A DNA stretch of 58,391 bases, counting the filler, from Nemertoderma westbladi (lineage: Eukaryota > Animalia > Xenacoelomorpha), in the NCBI GenBank assembly GCA_032718475.1. It is 2 parts of 2 records of this genome, joined end to end, with 100 filler letters (N's around TTAATTAATTAA, not from the genome) between each part and the next. Parts side by side here need not be neighbours in the genome. Positions count along the whole stretch, not along the records: positions 27,332 to 58,391 come from JAUCBJ010001641.1; 1 more part is not named here. The stretch is one strand, 5' to 3'. How positions within the stretch are numbered: position 1 is the first letter of the stretch; every line of letters begins with the position of its first letter. The position numbers and the translations under genes are program-made. The notes beneath the pieces were generated by a model. The model was given only the letters and a program-made list of their open reading frames with translations, did no database searches and was not told where the DNA came from. Of the stretch, positions 40,801 to 52,299 are shown in pieces.

Positions 40801-42789
40801 AATAACACACCAATACGTATACACTCACCTCACCCTGCTATATTTATTGCTATAAACACAATAACACACCAATACGTATACACTCACCTCACACTGCTAT
40901 ATTTATTGCTATAAACACAATAACACACCAATACGTATACACTCACCTCACCCTGCTATATTTATTGCTATAAACACAATAACACACCAATACGTATACA
41001 CTCACCTCACCCTGCTATATTTATTGCTATAAACACAATAACACACCAATACGTATACACTCACCTCACACTGCTATATTTATTGCTATAAACACAATAA
41101 CACACCAATACGTATACACTCACCTCACACTGCTATATTTATTGCAATAAACACAATAACACACCAATACGTATACACTCACCTCACACTGCTATATTTA
41201 TTGCTATAAACACAATAACACACCAATACGTATACACTCACCTCACACTGCTATATTTATTGCTATAAACACAATAACACACCAATACGTATACACTCAC
41301 CTCACCCTGCTATATTTATTGCTATAAACACAATAACACACCAATACGTATACACTCACCTCACACTGCTATATTTATTGCTATAAACACAATAACACAC
41401 CAATACGTATACAATCACCTCACACTGCTATATTTATTGCCAATAACACACCAATACGTATACACTCACCTCACACTGCTATATTTATTGCTATAAACAC
41501 AATAACACACCAATACGTATACACTCACCTCACCCTGCTATATTTATTGCTATAAACACAATAACACACCAATACGTATACACTCACCTCACACTGCTAT
41601 ATTTATTGCAATAAACACAATAACACACCAATGCGTATACACTCACCTCACACTGCTATATTTATTGCTATAAACACAATAACACACCAATACGTATACA
41701 CTCACCTCACACTGCTATATTTATTGCTATAAACACAATAACACACCAATACGTATACACTCACCTCACCCTGCTATATTTATTGCTATAAACACAATAA
41801 CACACCAATACGTATACACTCACCTCACACTGCTATATTTATTGCTATAAACACAATAACACACCAATACGTATACACTCACCTCACACTGCTATATTTA
41901 TTGCTATAAACACAATAACACACCAATACGTATACACTCACCTCACACTGCTATATTTATTGCTATAAACACAATAACACACCAATACGTATACACTCAC
42001 CTCACCCTGCTATATTTATTGCTATAAACACAATAACACACCAATACGTATACACTCACCTCACACTGCTATATTTATTGCAATAAACACAATAACACAC
42101 CAATACGTATACACTCACCTCACACTGCTATATTTATTGCTATAAACACAATAACACACCAATACGTATACACTCACCTCACCCTGCTATATTTATTGCT
42201 ATAAACACAATAACACACCAATACGTATACACTCACCTCACACTGCTATATTTATTGCTATAAACACAATAACACACCAATACGTATACACTCACCTCAC
42301 ACTGCTATATTTATTGCTATAAACACAATAACACACCAATACGTATACACTCACCTCACACTGCTATATTTATTGCTATAAACACAATAACACACCAATA
42401 CGTATACACTCACCTCACACTGCTATATTTATTGCTATAAACACAATAACACACCAATACGTATACACTCACCTCACCCTGCTATATTTATTGCTATAAA
42501 CACAATAACACACCAATACGTATACACTCACCTCACACTGCTATATTTATTGCTATAAACACAATAACACACCAATACGTATACACTCACCTCACACTGC
42601 TATATTTATTGCTATAAACACAATAACACACCAATACGTATACACTCACCTCACACTGCTATATTTATTGCTATAAACACAATAACACACCAATACGTAT
42701 ACACTCACCTCACACTGCTATATTTATTGCTATAAACACAATAACACACCAATACGTATACACTCACCTCACACTGCTACATTTATTGC
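37892..42789. repeat. 59-bp tandem array, ~83 copies, highly homogeneous
   Basis: Unit atttattgctataaacacaataacacaccaatacgtatacactcacctcacactgctat, with only a few recurring single-base variants. Confidence 0.97.
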
Positions 42790-43744
42790 ATATATATTAC
42801 TAGAAATTTGTATTTTAATTAAAAATTAAAGTATAATAAACCAATAATCATTGACAACCTGTACACCAACTATAATAACCAAAACAACAATAATAACAAT
42901 AATAATGACATTAATTATAATAAAATATTACTAAACCCTCTGATATATATTTTTTACGTATTATTTACATATATTTCAAGATTTATATTTTTATTTAATT
43001 ATTTTACAAACATTCCATTGAATAATCCGGATCTATATGATTGCAGTTTATTTCCATCAATAAATAAGCTCTTTATTTCATTGCTCTTTATTTCGTACCC
43101 GATAATTTCAGTTCAAAAATTAACAGTTCTTAAATTCTATATTCGCCGTTGTAAAATATGACAAACAGAAAGGCTATATTTATTTGTCTCATAACATTAC
43201 TGTTCATTACAAAATGTAGAAAAAAAAACAGTGCCGAAAATTCAGATGCGCGTAAGAATTTTGGCGCTTTAAATCAAAAGAGTAAAAAAAGGGTAGCCTC
43301 ACTATTCTTTAATTTATATAAAGCTGTTGTCAGATTAATACAATATGTTCAGTCTATTCAAATTCTTTTTTTAAATTTAATGATTTAAATTTAAAACAAT
43401 AATTAATTTGTAAACTATTAAAATATTAATTGTGCGCACAAGTGCACAAAAACACAACAGACAGAGGTAAAATTTATTTAAAAAATAATACATTTGTTTA
43501 AAAAGAAATCTAAATTACAATATTTTATAAAACCAATAAAAACTAATATAATATAAACTAAACAAAACAAAATATTTTAATTAATGCAAATAAATTTGAC
43601 TAAAACAAATGTAAGATATCTGGTAAGCTCGATAGGTAAAGATAAGTTCAATAAATAAAGAGCACCGTATCACTGTATAGTGAATAATCAAAAAAGGAAA
43701 GGTAACAATAATATAAAAGAACGAAACGACACAATAAATCATTA

Positions 43745-44572
43745 CGGGGAGATATAACGGGCAAGGGAGATATAACGGGCAAGGGAGATATAATGGGCAA
43801 GGGAGATACAATGGGCAAGGGAGATACAATGGGCAAGGGAGATATAACGGGCAAGGGAGATATAACGGGCAAGGGAGATATAACGGGCAAGGGAGATACA
43901 ATGGGCAAGGGAGATATAACGGGCAAGGGAGATATAACGGGCAAGGGAGATATAACGGGCAAGAGAGATACAATGGGCAAGGGAGATACAATGGGCAAGG
44001 GAGATATAACGGGCAAGGGAGATATAACGGGCAAGGGAGATATAACGGGCAAGGGAGATATAACGGGCAAGGGAGATACAATGGGCAAGGGAGATATAAC
44101 GGGCAAGGGAGATATAACGGGCAAGGGAGATATAACGGGCAAGGGAGATATAACGGGCAAGGGAGATATAACGGGCAAGGAAGATACAATGGGCAAGGGA
44201 GATATAACGGGCAAGGGAGATATAACGGGGAAGGGAGATATAACGGGCAAGGGAGATATAACGGGCAAGGGAGATATAACGGGCAAGAGAGATATAATGG
44301 GCAAGGGAGATATAATGGGCAAGGGAGATATAACGGGCAAGGGAGATATAACGGTCAAGGGAGATATAACGGGCAAGGGAGATACAATGGGCAAGGGAGA
44401 TATAACGGGCAAGGGAGATATAACGGGCAAGGGAGATATAACGGGCAAGGGAGATATAACGGGCAAGAGAGATATAATGGGCAAGGGAGATATAACGGGC
44501 AAGGGCGATACAATGGGCAAGGGAGATACAATGGGCAAGGGAGATACAACGGGCAAGGGAGATACAACGGAC
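43745..44572. repeat. 18-bp purine-rich minisatellite, ~46 copies
   Basis: Unit gggcaagggagata(taac/caat). Confidence 0.95.
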
Positions 44573-44894
44573 ACGGATGATGACGTAGTTTATGCTTTAA
44601 AAAAATGTTAGAAAACTTCACTAGCATATAAACAAAGTGAACAGATAGAGTAAAAAGTTTCGAAGTCAATAATAAAATTATAACAAAAATACCCGGCAGG
44701 TAATTCAAACTGTTCGTTATGATCAAACAATAACTCAATCGTTGAACTAAACAGTAAATATAAACGTAAATACTCACAACACTACAATGGAGGGTCAAAC
44801 TGCTGTAGGTAGCACAACATGCTGGAAGGATATTAATTAAAGAAGATACACTACAAAGGGAGTGGGGAAGGCAATCGGAAAGTAAATGTATGTG

Positions 44895-47341
44895 GAACGC
44901 GTTCCTCACCAAACTTCGTGTTCCACGCTGCCCCTATCGGATATAGAACGCGTTCCTCACTAACCTCGTGTTCCACGCTGTCCCTATGGGATATAGAACG
45001 CGTTCCTCACTAAACCTCGTGTTCCACGCTGTCCCTATGGGATATAGAACGCGTTCCTCCCCAAACCTCGTGTTCCACGCTGTCCCTATCGGATATAGAA
45101 CGCGTTCCTCACTAAAACTCGTGTTAGACGCTGTCCCTATTGGATATAGAACGCGTTCCTCACTAAACCTCGTGTTCCACGCTGTCCCTATCGGATATAG
45201 AACGCTTTCCTCACTAAACCTTGTGTTCCACGCTGTCCCTATTGGATATAGAACGCGTTCCTCCCCAAACCTCGTGTTCCACGCTGTCCCTATCGGATAT
45301 AGAACGCGTTCCTCACTAAAACTCGTGTTAGACGCTGTCCCTATTGGATATAGAACGCGTTCCTCACTAAACCTCGTGTTCCACGCTGTCCCTATCGGAT
45401 ATAGAACGCTTTCCTCACTAAACCTTGTGTTCCACGCTGTCCCTATTGGATATAGAACGCGTTCCTCCCCAAACCTCGTGTTCCACGCTGTCCCTATCGG
45501 ATATAGAACGCGTTCCTCACTAAACCTCGTGTTCCACGCTGTCCCTATCGGATATAGAACGCGTTCCTCACTACACCTCGTGTTCCCCGTTGTTCCTATC
45601 GGATATAGAACGCGTTCCTCCCCAAACCTCGTGTTCCACGCTGTCCCTATCGGATATAGAACGCGTTCCTCACTAAAACTCGTGTTAGACGCTGTCCCTA
45701 TTGGATATAGAACGCGTTCCTCACTAAACCTCGTGTTCCACGCTGTCCCTATCGGATATAGAACGCTTTCCTCACTAAACCTTGTGTTCCACGCTGTCCC
45801 TATTGGATATAGAACGCGTTCCTCCCCAAACCTCGTGTTCCACGCTGTCCCTATCGGATATAGAACGCGTTCCTCACTAAACCTCGTGTTCCACGCTGTC
45901 CCTATCGGATATAGAACGCTTTCCTCACTAAACCTTGTGTTCCACGTTGTCCCTATGGGATATAGAACGCGTTCCTCACTAAACCTCGTGTTCCACGCTG
46001 TCCCTATGGGATATAGAACGCGTTCCTCACTACACCTCGTGTTCCCCGTTGTTCCTATCGGATATAGAACGCGTTCCTCCCCAAACCTCGTGTTCCACGC
46101 TGTCCCTATCGGATATAGAACGCGTTCCTCACTAAAACTCGTGTTAGACGCTGTCCCTATTGGATATAGAACGCGTTACTCACTAAACCTCGCGTTCCAC
46201 GCTGTCCCTATCGGATATAGAACGCGTTCCTCCCCAAACCTCGTGTTCCACGCTGTCCCTATCGGATATAGAACGCGTTCCTCACTAAAACTCGTGTTAG
46301 ACGCTGTCCCTATTGGATATAGAACGCGTTCCTCACTAAACCTCGTGTTCCACGCTGTCCCTATCGGATATAGAACGCTTTCCTCACTAAACCTTGTGTT
46401 CCACGCTGTCCCTATTGGATATAGAACGCGTTCCTCCCCAAACCTCGTGTTCCACGCTGTCCCTATCGGATATAGAACGCGTTCCTCACTAAACCTCGTG
46501 TTCCACGCTGTCCCTATCGGATATAGAACGCTTTCCTCACTAAACCTTGTGTTCCACGTTGTCCCTATGGGATATAGAACGCGTTCCTCACTAAACCTCG
46601 TGTTCCACGCTGTCCCTATCGGATATAGAACGCGTTCCTCACTAAACCTAGTGTTAGACGATGTCCCTATCGGATATAGAACGCGTTCCTCACTAAACCT
46701 AGTGTTAGACGATGTCCCTATCGGTCATCGGATATAGAACGCGTTCCTCACTAAACCTCGTGTTCCACGCTGTCCCTATCGGATATAGAACGCGTTCCTC
46801 ACTAAACCTAGTGTTAGACGCTGTCCCTATCGGATATAGAACGCGTTCCTCACTAAACCTCGTGTTAGACGCTATCCCTATCGGATATAGAACGCGTTCC
46901 TCACTAAACCTAGTGTTAGACGCTGTCCCTAACGGATATAGAACGCGTTCCTCACTAAACCTCGTGTTCCACGCTGTCCCTATCGGATATAGAACGCGTT
47001 CCTCACTAAACCTAGTGTTAGACGCTGTCCCTATCGGATATAGAACGCGTTCCTCACTAAACCTCGTGTTAGACGCTATCCCTATCGGATATAGAACGCG
47101 TTCCTCACTAAACCTCGTGTTAGACGCTGTCCCTATCGGATATAGAACGCGTTCCTCACTAAACCTCGTGTTCCCCGTTGTTCCTATCGGATATAGAACG
47201 CGTTCCTCCCCAAACCTCGTGTTCCACGCTGTCCCTATCGGATATAGAACGCGTTCCTCACTAAAACTCGTGTTAGACGCTGTCCCTAACGGATATAGAA
47301 CGCGTTCCTCACTAAACCTCGTGTTCCACGCTGTCCCTATC
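44895..47341. repeat. 51-bp tandem array, ~48 copies, overlapping the 3' end of the TNFR gene
   Basis: Unit gaacgcgttcctcactaaacctcgtgttccacgctgtccctatcggatata with several recurring variants. Confidence 0.97.
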
Positions 47342-48457
47342 ATAGGTTGACCGCGACTTGGAGCTGTTTGTGTTACCCGGGACGTCGGAATACTCGGTAA
47401 ATCTCCGTCCGTTGGTCAGCTGCGTCAACACAGACTGGTCGTCCTCGTCTATAAGGAAGTCGCTGGTCTCCTGGGCCCGCCTGAGGGCGCTGTCATTGCT
47501 ACAGCAACTGGACCGCCGGTCGAGGTGTGCGAGAGGAACGCGACAATCGAAGCGCCAACCGAGGTCGTCGCGGAGGAAGTTGATGAGCGCGGTGTGGCGG
47601 ATCGAGGTGAGAATATCGGCGAAATCCTGTACGTCGGGGTCCGTGGTGGCGAGCCAGGAGCGGAGCATCGGTGCGGCTCGGTCTGGGGTCACCCCGGCCC
47701 CGGGGGGCGGCGCCCAGCGAGCGTCGTACCCGATCGCAGCCCCGAACCCCCGCCAGTCAACCCGCAACTCGTTCTCGTCGTTCAGCACCGCGCAGATCTC
47801 CACGAACGCCGGCCGTTGGCGACGGAACGCGCGATACAGTTTAGTTTTCCCGTTGATTTCGGTTTTCGCCGGAACCCCGTCGACTCGGAGTTTATTGTCG
47901 CGATTCCGATAAACAATAAACGCGATGACAATAAGGTTAAGGAAAACGGAGAGGCAGAGGAGCAGTCCGAGAGAAATGAAGGCGACGAGGTGGTTGGAGT
48001 CGGATAAACTCCGTGGATTATCTAAGGAAGAATCAATCTTATCAGTTGAGTTTACTTTATTCGCGACTTCTCCGCACTCAGCGTCACTCCTCGTCGTACA
48101 GTCCGCCACAATTAGTAACCCTCCGGGACATTCCCGGGTACACGGTACACAGGGGGACGTGCCGTCGGTCATTTTGCTATAGGTTACCCCGAGTTCGCAA
48201 GCTACGCACCGCGTGTCCGTAGAAGGATCACATATCGCGAGCGTTCGGTCCGCATTTCGTTTCACGCCTTCCCCCGGGTAACACTCACTGCATTCGCCGC
48301 ACGTATAGTTACCGGTACTCAACGGATATTGGAATTGGCCTGCGAAGCAACTTATGTTCTGTGCGTTCGGTTCTATCGCGTCGGAGTTTACAATTGGGAC
48401 AGACAGGATTATCGGGAGAATCGCTACCAAAAGAACCTCGGATGGGGACATTTTCAT
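47312..48457 (-). CDS. TNF receptor superfamily protein with death domain (p75NTR/EDAR-like architecture), intronless, 381 aa
   Basis: Signal peptide; about two cysteine-rich domains (C..G.F...CGECSECYPGEGV...C....DTRCVAC..G.TYS......CVPCTREC........C....DAEC); TM LVAFISLGLLLCLSVFLNLIVIAFIVY; death-domain pattern ICAVLN...DWRGFGAAIG...MLRSW...FADILTSI. Confidence 0.9.
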   Translation of the reverse strand: MKMSPSEVLLVAILPIILSVPIVNSDAIEPNAQNISCFAGQFQYPLSTGNYTCGECSECYPGEGVKRNADRTLAICDPSTDTRCVACELGVTYSKMTDGTSPCVPCTRECPGGLLIVADCTTRSDAECGEVANKVNSTDKIDSSLDNPRSLSDSNHLVAFISLGLLLCLSVFLNLIVIAFIVYRNRDNKLRVDGVPAKTEINGKTKLYRAFRRQRPAFVEICAVLNDENELRVDWRGFGAAIGYDARWAPPPGAGVTPDRAAPMLRSWLATTDPDVQDFADILTSIRHTALINFLRDDLGWRFDCRVPLAHLDRRSSCCSNDSALRRAQETSDFLIDEDDQSVLTQLTNGRRFTEYSDVPGNTNSSKSRSTYDRDSVEHEV

Positions 48458-49552
48458 CTACCAAACCAACCGAAATTAAATAATTTGCGGAATAATGGCA
48501 GAATGGTGAATGTCTAGTTTCAGCACGACTGGGTAGAAATTTAGTGGATAATACTGTATGTAGGACAAGATGTATTTGAATGTGTTGTCAGGCTCAGGAC
48601 AGTCAGGTTGTGCAAACTTTCTGAACAGAAATGTGCAAAAATAAATTTAGGCCTAATTAATTAACCTTAAGTGCAAATGTGTTTGTCTTGGGCCTTCGAT
48701 ATTGTCCAAAATAACGATGTCACTCAATTATTCGACATATTTCCAAGGGTTGCGTTCGCGACCGAGTTCCTGATGTCAGCTTGTCTGCGCCTAAGTCCTG
48801 CGAGTTCAGGACTTGGCCTACTGCCAAGACGCCCCACTGCCTGTACTATAGGTTCAGTATCAGTACACGTCCCATAACTTTAGGCGTCATAACTGAGTCT
48901 CTCAGTAGGCCTGCTGGTATAGTATAGGTAGCAGATGTATAGCATACATTTACACCACTACCAATTATCTACTACTACTAACTAATATCCAATCATGGGA
49001 TGCAGAGCAAGTTGATTTATAAATAAAATGTTTTCGTATCTGTTTTCCATAAAGGTAATATGTTTGCCATCTGCGCGATGATAAAAGTAGGATATATTAT
49101 AATAATTTTACATTTTGTATAAATACAATGCAGATAGGAATAGTGTTAGATGATATTAAATATTCGATTAAAATGTTTTCTGTTGAAAGTCAATTAATTA
49201 ATATCATAAAATATTAAATTACTTTAGCGTTATCACACCCATTATTATAGTTAGTCCGTGCAAAGTCCAGCATTTTCGTCAGAACTACAGTAGGTATTAA
49301 TGAAACGAATATAATTTAGGCCTATAACATACTAAAAGAATAGTGAGACAAACCTCTTTTTATATGTATATGACCTTACAGTAGTTATTTAGTATGTTAT
49401 GTAAGTTTTATGTGTTAAATGTTGAATTTGAATAATGAACATTGTTAGTTATTATTATCGCATCTCTAAACTTTTTAGTTTTTATTGTTCTTTTTACTTT
49501 ATTTTTTACTTAAATACCATAAATAACATTAGGCCTACACATATTTATTACA

Positions 49553-50257
49553 ATGGGAAATTCCTCGGGTTCAACATCGAATGTAATACGCGATGCAAGT
49601 TTAAATATCGATGACAATGATTTACCCAGAAGCGGCATTCGGGAGAGGTTATTTATAGATGAGGTACACGATGTTGTAGACCACGTAGACCACGGTAACG
49701 CTCTTCTAGATGAAGACGTGAGGCGAAAAGAAGTCGGAGAAATTTACCGAAACCAGGCTCGGGTTCACAGACAAACGAGAGACGATAGTTACAACCAGCA
49801 TTTAAATGCGCCAACAGCTGCACTAAGGGAAGACGCTTACATCCGATACATGAGAGAAGGCGAATGTGTGATCAAAGCCAACAGAAAAGCAGCGGAACTC
49901 ATCTACAAGGCCAACAATCAGAAGAGACCACCCGATATAATTGACCTACATGGTCTTTACGTGAAAGAAGCCATAATTAAGGTGGACGATGCGATCGCTA
50001 ATTGGAGGGAGTCTGGTTTCGAGAAATGTTCAATAATAGTAGGTAAGGGGTTGCACAGTGGGGGCGGCGTATCGCGTCTTAATCCCGCTGTCATAGAACA
50101 TATTGATAATAAATATGTTGGCGGTATTAAATGCACTGTAAATGAAGCAAACAGCGGTTGTTTGGATGTCGAGATTGGAGTTTGGACGTTCAGCAGCGAA
50201 ACACAACAAACCTTAGACGAACGGAACTATTGCGGTTTCTGCTGCGTTATTTTGTAA
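49553..50257 (+). CDS. DUF1771 + Smr (small MutS-related) domain protein, intronless, 234 aa
   Basis: YRNQA...ANRKAAELIYKANN (DUF1771-like helices) followed by IDLHGLYVKEA, IIVGKGLHS, LNPAV and NSGCLDV (Smr motifs). Starts MGNSS, ends CCVIL. Confidence 0.9.
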   Translation: MGNSSGSTSNVIRDASLNIDDNDLPRSGIRERLFIDEVHDVVDHVDHGNALLDEDVRRKEVGEIYRNQARVHRQTRDDSYNQHLNAPTAALREDAYIRYMREGECVIKANRKAAELIYKANNQKRPPDIIDLHGLYVKEAIIKVDDAIANWRESGFEKCSIIVGKGLHSGGGVSRLNPAVIEHIDNKYVGGIKCTVNEANSGCLDVEIGVWTFSSETQQTLDERNYCGFCCVIL

Positions 50258-50554
50258 TAATAATTATAAACTTGTATTTATTAGGTGCTTTTTTCACTTA
50301 TTACAATATTTTTAATTTAATATTCACACATTAAACAAATAACAACATTAATGGACATGGGTTTTAGAATAATAACCTCTGTTTCCTTAGTCCTTGACAT
50401 GTATAATTGTTTTTTTTAGTTTTAGTGGCCATTTTATACTTATAAATTACAAAATGATTTATATGTGTCTCACTTTATGGTCACTATAAATAATAGAAAA
50501 GTAGTATTTCAGGAGGCCTATGTTTTGTAAATAAATAGATTTTCTCAGAGGACT

Positions 50555-50639
50555 ATTATTACTACGTCGAGCCTCGAGCGAGCTCGGACAGTGGAAATGA
50601 AATCCTTACAGGCTTCCCGATTCTCCAACTACTACTAGA
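50555..50639 (-). mobile_element. Short RTE family B 3'-terminal fragment
   Basis: Minus strand ctagtagtagttggagaatcgggaagcc...tttccactgtccgagctcg matches 53849-53904 and is preceded by a (TAG)n tail. Confidence 0.75.
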
Positions 50640-51156
50640 CGTAAGGGAAAGGCATGGGCAGCCTTGAATAGGCTTTCCAGGATTTGGCAGTCACCGAGAA
50701 TTAATCGGAAACTTAAGAGCAGCAGTAGTTCCAGTACTCTTCTACGGGAGTCCATGCTGGGCTCTAACTGCTGAGGACACCAAATCTCTGGATGGCACAT
50801 TCACAAGAATGCAACGCCGGGTTCACTGTGTCAAGTACAATGCACACATCTCCAACCAGACACTATATAACATTCGAGGTGTCTCATTGGTTCCCCCAAG
50901 CTTGACACTAGAACAACGTCGCCTCCGCTTTGCAGGACATTGCTTTCGCCGTGAGGACCAACCAGTGCATAATCTTGTGCTTTGGCAGACTCATGGAGTG
51001 AATAAGCATGGTGGACAGCCCATGACTTTCTTGAGACGCATCTTAAAGGACACTGGCCTTGAAGATGCGGATGATCTAGCAAATGTCATGGGTGATAGGG
51101 AATTCTTAAAAATGCAGCTGCAGTGCAGCATGCCGATACTAGTAGTAGTAATAGTA
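50640..51156 (+). mobile_element. RTE-like LINE family A 3' fragment
   Basis: RKGKAWAALNRL...RLRFAGHCFRREDQPV; (TAG)n tail at ~51140-51156; very similar to 14264-14835 in reverse. Confidence 0.9.
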
Positions 51157-51662
51157 GGCCAGTGTTTTTTCTTTGTCCCGTAGCCTCTATGTTAATTCCC
51201 GGCCAATCAGCACAATTTTCACTTTACGATTTCTTGAGGCCTTGTTTACATATATGAATATGCCGCAGTGCGACAAAATCATTCTTTCTGACTTCTGCCC
51301 AAGACCATCACCATATTTTATACTGTTTTATAATGTTATTCATTGTTGTTTGGTAACCTATTTAATGGATGCTTATATTTAGAGAATACGTATTAATAAT
51401 CGATAATTCCCCCTAACTTTCTTTATTATTGGGGTAAGCAGAAGGGAACATTAGCAACAATTGCTTGGCTCAAATAACAGTGGTTTGTATGAGTTCATGC
51501 TGTTTCATAGCCCCCAACGTACGTGAGCTAAATGTTTCCTTATATGTGAGTAAAATTGGTAACATCCGCCAAATTAACGTGTTTCAGTTCAGTACTCATT
51601 CATTGTCAGTAAAGTGAGTGTGAGCGAATAATTATACATTCCTAAAGAATGTAAACACTGTG

Positions 51663-51888
51663 CAGTCTCATGACCATCCGTTGTAATTAGTATAAGTCAT
51701 AACTCTTACAGTCTCATGACCATCCGTTGTAATTAGTATAAGTCAATAACTCTTACAGTCTCATGACCATCCGTTGTAATTAGTATAAGTCATAACTCTT
51801 ACAGTCTCATGATCATCCATTGTAATTAGTATAAGTCATAACTCTTACAGTCTCATGACCATCCGTTGTAATTAGTATAAGTCATAAC
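51663..51888. repeat. 46-bp tandem repeat, ~5 copies
   Basis: Unit cagtctcatgaccatccgttgtaattagtataagtcataactctta. Confidence 0.92.
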
Positions 51889-52299
51889 TATGTCTGGTAT
51901 TTAAAGCGCAGCATCTAAAGGAACTGTTGGTATTTCCCTGAAAGTAAACATAGTTTTTGGAGATTATATAGTAGAGATCAATCGAATAATACAGAGTAAC
52001 CTACCCCACTCTCTGCTATAGAATTCAGTCTCCCACACACAGTGGGTCATACGCCACGCTAGATTGGTTCGGCTGTGGTCATATTTTGTGCGGGCTGTCA
52101 CATCATAGGACACTAAATTAGCAGGTTAAACTGTCAAAGGTCTAAAAGCGCGAACACTGTGTATAAGCGTCTCCGGGCTAGAGGGGCCCCAAAAGGTTTT
52201 AATTAACAGAGACAAACCAAGCTATTTCATATTTACAATACAATACAACGTTTAAAAAATTCGCTCGCGTTTTTCTTTACGTTCATTTAAAGAATGTAA

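Noticed and set aside
28563-42789. Possible CRISPR arrays
   Set aside because: Units are directly adjacent with no unique spacers, there are no cas genes, and the context is eukaryotic.
43581-44611. (GKGDIT)n, (PLPVIS)n and (YLPCPL)n ORFs resembling collagen- or antifreeze-like proteins
   Set aside because: 18-bp minisatellite open in several frames, with no synonymous-site bias and no flanking gene structure.
44968-47350. 589-aa and 212-aa repeat ORFs on the plus strand
   Set aside because: Stop-free frame of the 51-bp unit, antisense to the TNFR 3' end; no independent evidence of coding.
47358-48222. Plus-strand ORFs overlapping the TNFR gene
   Set aside because: Antisense shadows of a GC-rich coding sequence.
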